The position numbers and the translations under genes are program-made. Shown piece by piece: positions 1-9,670 of a stretch of DNA of 64,000 bases. The stretch's first letter is position 1. The number at the start of each line of letters is the position of its first letter. The stretch lies in NCBI GenBank assembly GCA_963776245.1, contig CAVZLN010000003.1:672001-736000 (forward strand). The letters run 5' to 3'. Below the pieces are notes generated by a model. It saw only the letters and a list, made by a program, of their open reading frames with translations. It ran no database searches and had not been told where the DNA came from. Source of the stretch: Candidatus Eiseniibacteriota bacterium. GTDB taxonomy: Bacteria > Eisenbacteria > RBG-16-71-46.

Positions 1-2110
1 TCGGCGTGTGCCTCCCGGGCCAAGCCGGCCGCCCGTCCGGCGGTCCGAGCCGCCTCGCTGAACTCACCAGTCGCCGCCAGCGCGGTGGCGTAGGTGTCGA
101 GGACCTCGGGGCGGCGGCCGCCGGTCATTTCCACCGCCCAACCCGCGAGCCGCTTGTCGAGGACCTCGGGGCGCCGTCCGCCGTCATCTCCACCGCCCAG
201 CCGCGAGCCGCGGCCTCGGCGGGGTCCCTGATCGCCGGATCCGAGCTTGTGGCCAGCACCCAGGCCAGGGTGTTCATGGGTTCGGCCCACGCCGGGTTCA
301 ACCGGATGGCACGCTTCAGGTGGACGATTGCCTCAGTGGTGCCGCCGGGGACCCGAAGCAGGGCGGCGGCCAGCTTGAAGCGAAGCTCGGGATCGTTGCC
401 GGCGCGGCGCGCCGCTCGGCGAAGCAGGGCTAGCCCTTCGGCAGGCTGGCCCCGGGCGACCAGCCCTTCACCCAGCTGGATCAACACCGGCTGGAAGTCC
501 GGGGCGAGCGCAAGCGCGCGTCGCTCGCAGGCGATCGCCTCGTCCGGTCTGCCGGTGGCCCGCAGCGTCAGAGCGAGGGCCCCGAGTGCCTCCGGGACGT
601 TCGGGAGCGCGGCGCACGCGATACGCAGGTGCCCGACGGCCTCGGGCATGTCACCGCGCGCAGCCAGCAGGATGCCCAGGTTGTACTGTGCATCGCCGAA
701 GCCGGGGACATCCGCGACCAGCTCGCGCAGGTACCTGATCGCATCGTCCGGTCTCGATTCCGACATCGCCAGCAGCGCGAGGCCGTTCTTGGTGGCGGGC
801 GCATCGGGGGCCAGGCGCGCCATGTGATGAACCAGCGCGGACGTGTCCTTCCAGGGGCGCAGCGCGACCCTCACGCCGTGCGCTTCCAGCGCCAGGATCA
901 GCACCAGCGGGAGCGCGAGGAGCGGCAACCGTGCCGGGACCGGCCGCCGGGCGCCCAGCGCTGCGAGTCCTGCCCCGATCGACACCATCAACCCGACCGC
1001 GGGGAAATAGACGTACTTGTCCGAGGCGATCACCCAGCTGTACTGCACCAGTCCGAGGGTGGGCGCGATGGCGAGTGCGAAGAACAGCGCGCTGACCAGC
1101 GGGCCGCGCGTTCGCCGGGCCGCGACCAGCACGGCCGCGGCCAGTGCCAGGACGATCGCCAGGCTGAGGGTCACCACCGGGTTGGCGAGCGTGAAGGGCT
1201 TGGGGGGGGCATACACGCAGCTCAGGTCAACGGGGGCGAGGATCTTGCCGAGGTAGAACGCGAGCAGGTAGCCGGCGTGCAGCGGCCAGTGCAGCAGATC
1301 GGAGCGCCCCATCTGCACGATGACGGCCGAACGGCTGTGCGAGATCACGGTGACGGCCGCGGAGGCGATGGAAAGGGCGAAGAACGGCCACTTCTCGACC
1401 ACGGCTCCCGCGCTCAGGCGCCGCAGCGGCCACCAGTCGAGCAGCAGGAGCAGCAGGGGCAGCGGCGCGACGGTGGGCTTGGAGAGCAGGGCGAGGGCGA
1501 AGCACCCGATCGCCGCGACCCACCACCCCCGGCTGCCGCGGCGGCGCGACTCGACATACGCCAATAGCGCCGCGATCGCGAAACACGCGGCGAGCAGGGT
1601 CTTGCGCTCGCTCACCCAGGCGACCGGTTCGACGGTGAGCGGGTGGAGGCCGAAGAGCAGCCCTGCGATCGCCGCCGGGAGCAGCGCGCCGAATAGGCGA
1701 TAGAGCAGCAGCACCAGCAGTGCGGTGGTGAGCAGGTGCAGCATCAGGCTGGTGCGGTGGAAGACCCGCAGGTCGTCGAACCGCCCGCCGAGAGCGTAGT
1801 CCGCCATCAGCGAGGTCATCGAGAGCGGCAGATAGTACCCCTCGACCGAGGAGGGGCGGAGCACCTCGCGGAAGAAGCGCGAGGTGGACTCCCATCCGGG
1901 GTGAGTGACGAGCGGGTTGTCCCGGATGAAGGCGTCGTCGTCCAGCGAGGTCGCGCGCGACCCGAGCACGGGCCAGTGCGCCGCCGCGACGATCGCCATG
2001 ACCAGCAGGAGCGCGCCGGCGACCGCGAAACCGCCTCCCGGTCGGGCGCGTGGCGGCGCGGCCTGAGCTGAGGGTGCGTCCGGAGCGGGGGTGGCGGTCG
2101 ACGGATTCAC
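1..2110 (-). CDS. TMTC-like membrane glycosyltransferase (O-mannosyltransferase-like TM region plus C-terminal TPR repeats); 3' end disrupted by a 60-bp imperfect duplication and running off the left edge
   Basis: ORF 125..2110 has multiple TM helices, a DD motif (SLDDDAFIRDNP), LHPLTVEPVAWVSERK, ALLSKP, ADxY-like SDKYVYFP and TPR repeats. The expected TPR continuation (RLAGWAVEMTGGRRPEVLDTYATALAA...) lies in another frame from about 153 to 1. Confidence 0.75.
95..211. repeat. Imperfect 60-bp tandem duplication (copies 95-153 and 155-211)
   Basis: tgtcgaggacctcggggcg...ccaccgccca...ccgcgagccgc occurs twice with period 60. The right copy carries two 1-bp deletions and substitutions. Confidence 0.9.
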
Positions 2111-2116
2111 CGGGTG

Positions 2117-2145
2117 ATTCTACGCGCGCGTCCCGGGCCCCTCAA
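2117..2145 (-). promoter_or_regulatory. Sigma70-like promoter, leaderless start of the TMTC-like gene
   Basis: TTGAGG-N17-TAGAAT, ending 6 nt before GTG at 2110; no SD sequence. Confidence 0.55.
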
Positions 2146-2194
2146 GCGCGGGGCGCCGCCACGCCTGAGCGGGAATCCGTCACCGCGCGGACGT

Positions 2195-3169
2195 TCAGCG
2201 CGCGGCGCCGGTGGACTCCGGGACCGCGACCTTGTTCAGCAGCCGCACCACGTCGGCGAAGCGGGTCGCGCTGGTGGGGGCGCCCAGCACCACGGCGATC
2301 ATGTCGCGTCCCTGATCGCGTACCCAGGTGGCGAAGCAGTAGCCGGCCTCGTTGATGAAGCCGGTCTTGCCGCCGAGGATCTCGTAGTGGCTGTAGAGCA
2401 GGCGGTTGGTGTTGTGCACCGCATGGGCCCATCGGTCGCTGCGGAACTCATACGAGCGCGTGGTGGTGATCTGCCGGAACAGCGGCTGTCCCGCCGCGGC
2501 GCGCAGCAGGCGCGCGATGTCGGAGGCCGTGGACACATTGCGTTCATCGAGCCCGGTGAACTCGACGAACCGGGTGTGCGTCAGGCCGAGCTCGATCGCC
2601 TTGCGGTTCATGCGCGCGAGGAAGTCCTCGGGCGCCAGTCCCGACTCGCGGGTCAGCACGCGGGTCGCACAGTTGTCCGAACTCATCAGGCTCATGTGGA
2701 GCAGGTCGCCGAGCCGCACGTGCTCGCGGTTGTGCAGGCGAGTGCGTCCCGCGCCGAGGATCTCCGCGCGCGTCACCTCGACCTCGCGCTCGAGGTCGAT
2801 CGGCTGCTCGAGGAACACCATCGCGGTCATCAGCTTGGTGAGACTCGCGATCGGGACCGAGGCGGCGGAGTTCTTCTCGTACAGCACGTCGCCGGTACGG
2901 GGGTCGATCACGATGGCGTTGCGGGCGTACACGCCGCCAGCGGGCGGCGGGCGGCGGACGCGGTGCCGGCGGGGACGGGAGGCCGCGCGGCGGATCGTCC
3001 GATGGGTCGCCGCCGGCGCGGCCCGGACGGCGGGGGCCTTCGCCACGCGCGGGGTCGGGGAGGTCCGCTTCCGCGGGGTGGATTCGGCAGCATCGGCCAT
3101 CATGGCGGTGCACGCCAGTACGCCGGCGAGGAGCAGGGCGCCCCAGCGCCGCGCGACGCGGTGCAGCAT
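2195..3169 (-). CDS. pbpG: D-alanyl-D-alanine endo/carboxypeptidase, peptidase S11 (PBP7-like)
   Basis: Signal peptide, then SxxK (ASLTKL), SxN (SSDN) and KTG (GGKTGFINEAGYC); GGAGG RBS. Confidence 0.85.
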   Translation of the reverse strand: MLHRVARRWGALLLAGVLACTAMMADAAESTPRKRTSPTPRVAKAPAVRAAPAATHRTIRRAASRPRRHRVRRPPPAGGVYARNAIVIDPRTGDVLYEKNSAASVPIASLTKLMTAMVFLEQPIDLEREVEVTRAEILGAGRTRLHNREHVRLGDLLHMSLMSSDNCATRVLTRESGLAPEDFLARMNRKAIELGLTHTRFVEFTGLDERNVSTASDIARLLRAAAGQPLFRQITTTRSYEFRSDRWAHAVHNTNRLLYSHYEILGGKTGFINEAGYCFATWVRDQGRDMIAVVLGAPTSATRFADVVRLLNKVAVPESTGAAR

Positions 3170-3257
3170 GGAACCTCCTGGTCGTTCGGATCGGCCGATC
3201 CGTCCATGGTATCGGCAGGTGCTGCCGCGCGACTCTATGCGACCGGCGCCCGAGCGG

Positions 3258-3983
3258 TCAACGGCTCACGTCCGGGCGCAGGTCTTCGCGCAGGAACACG
3301 AGGAAGGACTCGACCGCCCGCACCGCCGCCGTATCGGCCTCCGACAGTGCGGCCTGCACGTATTCGTCGTGGCAGGCCCCGGTGCGCGCCGGGATCCCGG
3401 TCCGATAGAGCGCGAGCACGTCCTCGAACTCGCGCGCGCCCTGCTCGGCCGCCCCGCGAGAGACCTCGCGCAGGTTGACCCGCGCCGCGCGCAGCGTCTC
3501 GGGCACCAGCCGCAGCCGTCGGGTCGCGCGCCGCGCCCGCGTGCACGGAGGGTCCTGCGCGAGCACGTCGGCGATGGCCTCACCCGCCAGGGCGGCGTAC
3601 GCCGCGGGCTCGCGCTCCCACACCCGCCGCACATCATGGGCCTCGCGGAGCCGGGCGACCTCGCGCGCCAGCGAGTCGCGCGCCGCGGCCGGGGCGGGCG
3701 GGAGGTCCGCGTCGTGGACCGCGTCCAGTCTCGCGGCGAAGGCCGCGAGCCAGGCGCGCTCGCTCTCGATCCAGGGCTGCGTCACCGGCACCAGCGGCAG
3801 GTCGCGGGCGGGCAGGCCGAGGCGCGCGGCTTCGTGCGGCCAACTCGCCAGCAGGTGCCCGGCCCACTCACGCTCGAGGCGCGCCACCTCGCGATCGGGC
3901 GTCTCGGCGCGGGCGCCGTCCGCGCCCAGCACGAGCGCGAGCGCGACGGAGAACGCGAGCGGCAGCCGGGCGGTGCGGGGCAT
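3258..3983 (-). CDS. Secreted helical protein resembling only the N-terminal half of the DUF885 family
   Basis: Signal peptide MPRTARLPLAFSVALALVLGADGARA; WPHEAARLGL, RLRLVPETLRAARVNL and FLVFLREDLRP segments typical of the DUF885 N-half; no HExxPGH region. Confidence 0.55.
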   Translation of the reverse strand: MPRTARLPLAFSVALALVLGADGARAETPDREVARLEREWAGHLLASWPHEAARLGLPARDLPLVPVTQPWIESERAWLAAFAARLDAVHDADLPPAPAAARDSLAREVARLREAHDVRRVWEREPAAYAALAGEAIADVLAQDPPCTRARRATRRLRLVPETLRAARVNLREVSRGAAEQGAREFEDVLALYRTGIPARTGACHDEYVQAALSEADTAAVRAVESFLVFLREDLRPDVSR

Positions 3984-4124
3984 GCGGATCTCCAGGACGG
4001 TGAGGGCGCGAGGCCGTGGGACCGATGGGATGCGCGTGGGTGAGCTCCGGTGCGTGCCGTCATAGCACCATGGCCGGCTCGGCCCGCACAAGCGCGTCCG
4101 CGTGCCGCCCGCGGGCGCTCCGGC

Positions 4125-4826
4125 TCAGGCGCCGCCAGCCGCCCGTTCGAACGTGAAGGCCGGCGCGTCGTCCGCGCCGTCGTGCAGCACCCGCACGCCG
4201 CGCGCGTCGATCGCCACCCGCGTTCCCTCGGCGCCGCCGTCGAGCGCCTGCTCGACGCCGAGCATGAGCCCGGCGCCGTCGAGCGCGTGCGGGGCCACGT
4301 CCCACGCCAGTGCGGTGAGGCGCGAGACCAGCGTGGCCACGGCCCCGGGCGCGGCCTCGGCCTCGCCGGGGGCGAGCGCGTATTCGAGCCGGAGCGAAGG
4401 CGCCAGCTCGGGCCCCACCGGGCGATTCTCGCGCGAGGTGAGCCCCGAGGTGAGCGCGCGCTGGACCTCGCCGAGGTCGAACGGCTTGCGCAGGTACTCG
4501 TGCGCCCCCATGCGCACCACCGCGAGCGCGGATTCGAACGACGGGAAGCCCGTCATGACGATCACCACCAGGCTGGGATCGATCTGGCGCGCGGAGGTCA
4601 CCAGCGCCGCGCCGTCGAACCCGGGCATGCGCAGGTCGGTGACGATGGCGTCGAAGCGGGCGCGCCGCAGGTGTTCCAGGGCGGCATGGCCATCCGTGAC
4701 CGCTTCGACGCGCGCGCCGAGGTGCACCAGATAGTCGACCAGCATCTCGCACACCTCGGGCTGGTCGTCCACGATCAGGATGGCGCGACCTTCCAGCGGC
4801 ATGAGGTGCGGTGCCCGGACGTTCAT
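4125..4826 (-). CDS. Response regulator receiver protein with a short, unrecognised (possibly degenerate HATPase-like) C-terminal domain
   Basis: ILIVDDQ, IVTDLRMPG (phospho-acceptor Asp), MTG, YLRKPF; ATGA overlap with the upstream gene. Confidence 0.8.
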   Translation of the reverse strand: MNVRAPHLMPLEGRAILIVDDQPEVCEMLVDYLVHLGARVEAVTDGHAALEHLRRARFDAIVTDLRMPGFDGAALVTSARQIDPSLVVIVMTGFPSFESALAVVRMGAHEYLRKPFDLGEVQRALTSGLTSRENRPVGPELAPSLRLEYALAPGEAEAAPGAVATLVSRLTALAWDVAPHALDGAGLMLGVEQALDGGAEGTRVAIDARGVRVLHDGADDAPAFTFERAAGGA

Positions 4827-5620
4827 GCCGCGAGCCTCCCCGCGCCCAGCCGGTGGCGGGCGAACCGGATGCGGCGTCCGCCGCGGTCCACTTCGACCTC
4901 GTCCATCAGGGCGCGTACCAGCGCGAGCCCGTGCCGGCCCTCCGCGGTCTCGGTCTTCGGTTCATAGCCGTCGCCCTCGTCCTCGACCACGCACGCGATG
5001 GTGTCCGGCCCGATCTCGGCGCTGAAGCGCACCACGCGCTCGCGCTCGAACCGGTGGCCGTACTGCATCGCGTTGAGCAGCGTCTCGAGCAAGCAGAAGC
5101 GGAACGCGGAGCGGCCGGTGACGTCGAGTTCGACGCCGGTCTCCGCCACCATCCGCTCGAGCACCAGGAACGCGCCCGCCCGCAGGCCCGGGTCCGACGG
5201 CACCTCGAGGGTGCATCGCAGGGTGCCCGGCAGCAGCCCGGGGGCCCGGCCCGGATGGCTTCCGAGCGCCCGCGTCACCGCGGCGCGGATGGTCGACGCG
5301 TCGAACGGCTTGGGCAGGAACTCGACCGCGCCGAGCTTGCCGGCGCTGATTGCGTCCCCGAGTGTGCCGAATCCGGAGACCACGATGAACGCGGTATGGG
5401 GCGCGAACGGGCGCGCGCTCTCGAGCAGCTCGAGCCCCGAGATCCCATGCATGCGCAGGTCGGTGACCACCACGTCGGGCGGCTCGCGACGGATGCGCTC
5501 CAGCGCTTCGGCGCCCGACGCGGCGGTCTCCACGTCCACCCCCAGCGCGCCGATGGCGACGCCGAGGAACGAGCGCAGCAGGACTTCGTCGTCCACCACC
5601 AGCACCGTCCGTCGTGACAC
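4823..5620 (-). CDS. Receiver domain fused to an RsbW/SpoIIAB-like HATPase_c_2 (anti-sigma kinase-like) domain
   Basis: VLVVDDE, VVTDLRM, FLPKPF; C-terminal ETLLNAMQYG (N-box), EDEGDGY (G1), GRHGLALVRALMDEV. GTG start at 5620 with GGAGG upstream. Confidence 0.8.
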   Translation of the reverse strand: MSRRTVLVVDDEVLLRSFLGVAIGALGVDVETAASGAEALERIRREPPDVVVTDLRMHGISGLELLESARPFAPHTAFIVVSGFGTLGDAISAGKLGAVEFLPKPFDASTIRAAVTRALGSHPGRAPGLLPGTLRCTLEVPSDPGLRAGAFLVLERMVAETGVELDVTGRSAFRFCLLETLLNAMQYGHRFERERVVRFSAEIGPDTIACVVEDEGDGYEPKTETAEGRHGLALVRALMDEVEVDRGGRRIRFARHRLGAGRLAA

Positions 5621-5655
5621 GAGACCACCCTCCGGATCGCAGGAGCCCGGATGGG

Positions 5656-5683
5656 GTTTCGGCACGAAGGACGCGCGACTTTG
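5656..5683 (-). promoter_or_regulatory. Candidate sigma28 (FliA/WhiG/SigD)-type promoter
   Basis: CAAA-N16-GCCGAAAC upstream of the receiver-HATPase gene. Confidence 0.35.
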
Positions 5684-5771
5684 GCCCGAACTGCGGCAGG
5701 GCCCGCGGGGTCGCCGCGGCGCTCCCGCCGGGCGTCCCGGGCTGGCGGGGTGCGGCCGGCGGCCGTCCCGC

Positions 5772-6500
5772 CTAGGGCCGCGGCACCACGTCCCGCACCA
5801 GCGCCATTGGGTCGTCCACCCGCAGCGGCGCCACCGAGAGGTAGGCCTGCGCGTAGCGCACGCCGATCTGCCAGCCCCAGTAGCGCGCGTAGGCCTCGAA
5901 TGCCTCGCGGGCGTGCGGCACGTGCTCGGGGTGCGGCCGGTCGGGGTTGGAGAACTGGCTCTGGTGGCAGTCGATCGCGTTCATCCAGTCGTCGAAGAAC
6001 TCGGAGACATCGACGATGAAGGTGGCGGTGGTGCCGGGCGGGAGGAAGTAGAAGAACATCGCCTTGGCCTGGTGCGGCTCCCCCGGGATCGGAGCCTTGC
6101 GCAGGTGCGCGAGGTTGTACGCGTTCGCCACGATCTGCCCGGTCTTGTAGTGGTCGTTGTGCCCGAGCCCGCGGCCGATCGGCAGATTGTAGTAGGGCGC
6201 GAGCACGATCGACGGCCGGTGGCGCCGGATCGCGGCGGCCGCGTTGCAGCGGTTCTCGAAGGTGTCCTCGATGCGGCAGTCCCCGAGGTCGAGGTTCTCG
6301 CGCACGTCGAGCTGCAGGATGCGCGCCGCCTCGGCGCTCTCCGCGCCGCGCCCTTCGGGCGTGCCCCAGCCCATGTCGCCGGTGGTCATGTCGATGATGC
6401 CGGTGGCATGGCCGAGCGCCTTCATCTTGCGCAGCAGCCCGCCGCAACCGATCTCGGCGTCGTCGGGGTGCGGCCCGAACGCGAGCAGATCGACCGCCAT
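5772..6500 (-). CDS. bshB1: PIG-L family deacetylase, bacillithiol biosynthesis BshB1-like
   Basis: LAFGPHPDDAEIGCGG and GHNDH metal motifs, IVDVS...AIDCHQSQF, GWQIGVRYAQ. Confidence 0.75.
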   Translation of the reverse strand: MAVDLLAFGPHPDDAEIGCGGLLRKMKALGHATGIIDMTTGDMGWGTPEGRGAESAEAARILQLDVRENLDLGDCRIEDTFENRCNAAAAIRRHRPSIVLAPYYNLPIGRGLGHNDHYKTGQIVANAYNLAHLRKAPIPGEPHQAKAMFFYFLPPGTTATFIVDVSEFFDDWMNAIDCHQSQFSNPDRPHPEHVPHAREAFEAYARYWGWQIGVRYAQAYLSVAPLRVDDPMALVRDVVPRP

Positions 6501-6604
6501 GAGGAGGTTCTCCGTGGTCCTGGGGTGCGCGTCGTCATGCGGTGCGCCCGCGCGCGGCTCGCGTGGCGCGACCGGGCCCGCATCTTAGCACCGGCGACCG
6601 CGGG

Positions 6605-8245
6605 CTACGCGTCGGGCGTCGCGATCGCCGGCGGATCCACCGAGGGGGCCGGCTGCTCGGCGTACATGGTCGCGAAGTAGTCCTGCACCATGCGGTCGGC
6701 CGAGAACCGGGTCTCGCCCATGATCACGCTCTCGACCATCATGTGCCGCCAGCGGGCGGGCTCCTTCCAGGCCGGCAGCACGTCGCGGTCGAGCACGGCG
6801 TACAGGTTCCTCAGATCGGTGTCGTCGTCGGTGTTGGTGCCGTCGCCGATCGCCCAGCCGGTCTCGCCGTGGCGGCAGCCCTCGGGCCACCAGCCGTCGA
6901 GGATGCTCAGGTTGAGCACCCCGTTCATCGCCGCCTTCATGCCCGAGGTGCCGCTCGCCTCGAGCGGGCGCGTCGGGTTGTTGAGCCACACGTCGGCGCC
7001 GCGCACCAGCGTGCGGGCGATCGCCATCTCGTAGTTCTCGATGAATACGATGCGGCCGGGGTGCTTCTGCTGCGCTTTCACCAGCCGTGCGACGATCGCC
7101 TTGCCGGTCCGGTCGTCGGGATGCGCCTTGCCCGAGAACAGCAGGTTGACCGCGTGGTTCGCGAGCAGCGACTCGAGCCGCGCCTCGTCGCGCAGGATCA
7201 GGTCGCTGCGCTTGTAGCCCGCCGCGCGCCGCGCGAAACCGATGGTGAGCGAATCGGGGTCGAGCGCCACCTGGTTGCGCCGCTGCACCTCGGCGAGCAG
7301 TTCGCGCTTGAGCGCGAGGTGGGCCTCCCACAACCGGGTGGGGTCGTGCCGGGCGTCGCGCACGCGCGCGTCCTGCCACGTCGGCACGTGCACGCCGTTC
7401 GTCACGTGGGTGATCGGCGCCGCGTCGTCCACGTGGGCCCACATCGCGCGCGCGGTCTCGCCGTGGAGCGCGGCCACCGCGTTGGCCTTGCGCGCCAGGC
7501 GCAGCCCGGCCACCGTCATGTTGAACGGGTCGCCGCCGAGCGCCCGCATCTCGGCGCCCGAGAGCTGCAGGCAGGCGCCCATGCGGCGCAGGTCCTTGAG
7601 CGAGTGCTCCTCGTTGCCCGCGAGCACCGGCGTGTGGGTGGTGAAGATGATGTGCTTGCGCACCTCGGCCCACGCGTCCGGGAAGTCGAAGCTGCGCTCC
7701 TCCATGCGCGCAGTGATCAGTTCGACCCCAGCGAACACCGCGTGGCCCTCGTTGAAGTGATAGGTCGAGATCGGGATGCCGAGCCAGTTGAGCGCGCGCA
7801 CCCCGCCGATGCCGAGCAGCATCTCCTGGGCGATGCGCACGTCGGTTCCGGCCTCGTAGAGGCGGTGGGTGATCCAGCGATCCGCGGCGTGCATCGGTTC
7901 GAGCAGGAACAGGGGCACGTGCCCGTAGCGGTCGGTGAAGCGCACCGCGCACTGCACCTCGGAGCCGCGCACCCGCACCCGCACGCGCACGCCGGTGTCC
8001 TGCAGGAAGGCGTGGTCGTACGTTGAGTACTCGTCGTAGGGCTGGCCGTTCGCGTCGATGCGCTGGTTCGAGAATCCGCGTTCCCAGCGCAGGCCCACGC
8101 CCACCACCGGCAGCCGGAGGTCCTTCGCGGACTTGATGAAGTCGCCGGCGAGGATGCCGAGCCCCCCCGAGTAGATCGGGAAGGACGGATCGACGCCGAA
8201 CTCCATGCAGAAGTAGGCGACGTGCGGCGTGCGCGAAAAGGCCAT
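6605..8245 (-). CDS. glgP: Alpha-glucan (glycogen/starch) phosphorylase, compact 546-aa form
   Basis: AYFCMEFG, YSGGLGILAGD, HFNEGH, GFARRAAGYKR, GKAHP, and PLP-lysine motif EASGTSGMKAAMNG. Confidence 0.92.
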   Translation of the reverse strand: MAFSRTPHVAYFCMEFGVDPSFPIYSGGLGILAGDFIKSAKDLRLPVVGVGLRWERGFSNQRIDANGQPYDEYSTYDHAFLQDTGVRVRVRVRGSEVQCAVRFTDRYGHVPLFLLEPMHAADRWITHRLYEAGTDVRIAQEMLLGIGGVRALNWLGIPISTYHFNEGHAVFAGVELITARMEERSFDFPDAWAEVRKHIIFTTHTPVLAGNEEHSLKDLRRMGACLQLSGAEMRALGGDPFNMTVAGLRLARKANAVAALHGETARAMWAHVDDAAPITHVTNGVHVPTWQDARVRDARHDPTRLWEAHLALKRELLAEVQRRNQVALDPDSLTIGFARRAAGYKRSDLILRDEARLESLLANHAVNLLFSGKAHPDDRTGKAIVARLVKAQQKHPGRIVFIENYEMAIARTLVRGADVWLNNPTRPLEASGTSGMKAAMNGVLNLSILDGWWPEGCRHGETGWAIGDGTNTDDDTDLRNLYAVLDRDVLPAWKEPARWRHMMVESVIMGETRFSADRMVQDYFATMYAEQPAPSVDPPAIATPDA

Positions 8246-8361
8246 GTGCGGGGCTCGGGATCAGGGATGGATGCGGGCCAGCGGGTTTCGGGCGCGGGAT
8301 TCTAAGAGGTCCGGGCCCGGGTTGTCACGCGAGGGAGGCGCGCGCCGGGGCCGCCCTGCGG

Positions 8362-8389
8362 TCATCGGCGCGAAGGCGGCCGGGCTTGA
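8362..8389 (-). promoter_or_regulatory. Candidate sigma28-type promoter upstream of glgP
   Basis: TCAAG-N15-GCCGATGA. Confidence 0.4.
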
Positions 8390-8479
8390 AGGTCCGCGCG
8401 GACCGGGCGCGCGGGCCGACTTTCCCGCAGGCCGGCGTTGCCGTTAGTGTGGGGGCTCCGAACCAGGGAGGGCCACCGG

Positions 8480-9208
8480 ATGAATGAGAACCACGCGCTT
8501 CGCACCCTGCTGCTCGCCGCCGCCATCGTGATCGCCGGCTGGCTGGTGGGCCGCGGGATGGTGCAGTTCCGTGCCGGCGATCGCGCGGTGAGCGTCAAGG
8601 GCGTCGCCGAGCGCACCGTGAAGGCCGACATCGCGCTATGGCCGCTGCGGCTGGTCGCCGCCGACAACGACCTCGACGCCGCGCAACGTCGCATCCAGGC
8701 CGACCGCCGTGCGGTGGTCGCGTTCCTCGGGCGCCACGGCATCGACTCCTCGCGGGTCGAACTCCAGGCGCTCTCGGCGACCGACACGCGGGCCAACGCC
8801 TACGGCGATGGCGCGCGCACGCCGCCCAGCCGGTACATCGTCAACCTGACCCTGATGGTGCGCACCAGCGCGATCGACCGGCTGGCGGAGGCGAGTCAGA
8901 GTGTGAGCGAGCTGCTCGCCGCCGGGGTGGTGTTCTCGAGTGGCGAGTACGGCGCCAGCGGCCCCACCTACCTGTTCACCCGGCTCAACGAGCTCAAGCC
9001 CGAGATGCTGGCCGAGGCCAACGCAAACGCGCGGAAGGCGGCGGAGGAGTTCGCGCGTTCGTCGAAGGCCCAGGTGGGCGGCATCCGCCGCGCGAGCCAG
9101 GGCGTGTTCGAGATCCTCGCGCGCGATCCGGCCCCCGGCATCCTGCAGGAGAGCCAGGTGCAGAAGACGCTGCGCGTGGTCACCACGGTGGAGTACGGCC
9201 TGCGCTGA
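8480..9208 (+). CDS. SIMPL (DUF541) domain membrane-anchored periplasmic protein
   Basis: N-terminal TM; VSVKGVAERTVKAD, YLFTRLNELKPEMLAEA, IRRASQGVFEI, KTLRVVTTVEY; GGAGG RBS. Confidence 0.85.
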   Translation: MNENHALRTLLLAAAIVIAGWLVGRGMVQFRAGDRAVSVKGVAERTVKADIALWPLRLVAADNDLDAAQRRIQADRRAVVAFLGRHGIDSSRVELQALSATDTRANAYGDGARTPPSRYIVNLTLMVRTSAIDRLAEASQSVSELLAAGVVFSSGEYGASGPTYLFTRLNELKPEMLAEANANARKAAEEFARSSKAQVGGIRRASQGVFEILARDPAPGILQESQVQKTLRVVTTVEYGLR

Positions 9209-9273
9209 GACGCGACGGCGGTCGCGGCGCAGAGCGGCCCGCGCCCGGCTTCACGCCGGGGGACGGCCCGCGC

Positions 9274-9624
9274 TCAGCTCTTCCACCACATCCGGACGGC
9301 GACCATCGCCAGGAACACCGCGAACGAGCGCTGCAGGACGCGCGGGGTGAGGCTCAGGCCGAGCATGGCGCCGAACAGCGCCCCGACCAGGAGGCCCAGC
9401 GCCACCAGCAGCGCGGCGCGCATGTGCACCTCGCCGCGCTGCCAGTACTGCCACGCGCCGAGCAGCCCGACCGGCAGCAGGAGCGCGCCCAGCGACGTCC
9501 CGGTCGCCATCTGCGGCTTCATGCCCGCGAACAGGATGAGCGCCGGCACGATGACGATGCCGCCCCCGATGCCGAACAGGCCCGCGAGCACGCCCGCCGC
9601 CAGGCCGATGAGCAGGAAGGTCAT
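9274..9624 (-). CDS. Sulfite exporter TauE/SafE family protein, half-size (116 aa)
   Basis: GLAAGVLAGLFGIGGGIVIVPAL and ATGTSL motifs; about 4 TM helices. Confidence 0.85.
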   Translation of the reverse strand: MTFLLIGLAAGVLAGLFGIGGGIVIVPALILFAGMKPQMATGTSLGALLLPVGLLGAWQYWQRGEVHMRAALLVALGLLVGALFGAMLGLSLTPRVLQRSFAVFLAMVAVRMWWKS

Positions 9625-9670
9625 GAAGCCTCCGAGGTGAAGGTGCCGCCGTCCGCGCGCCCGCGCGCCG

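Noticed and set aside
5660..5675. Sigma54-like GG-N10-GC on the + strand
   Set aside because: It points antisense into bshB1 with a poor -12 element; the sigma28-like reading on the other strand fits better.
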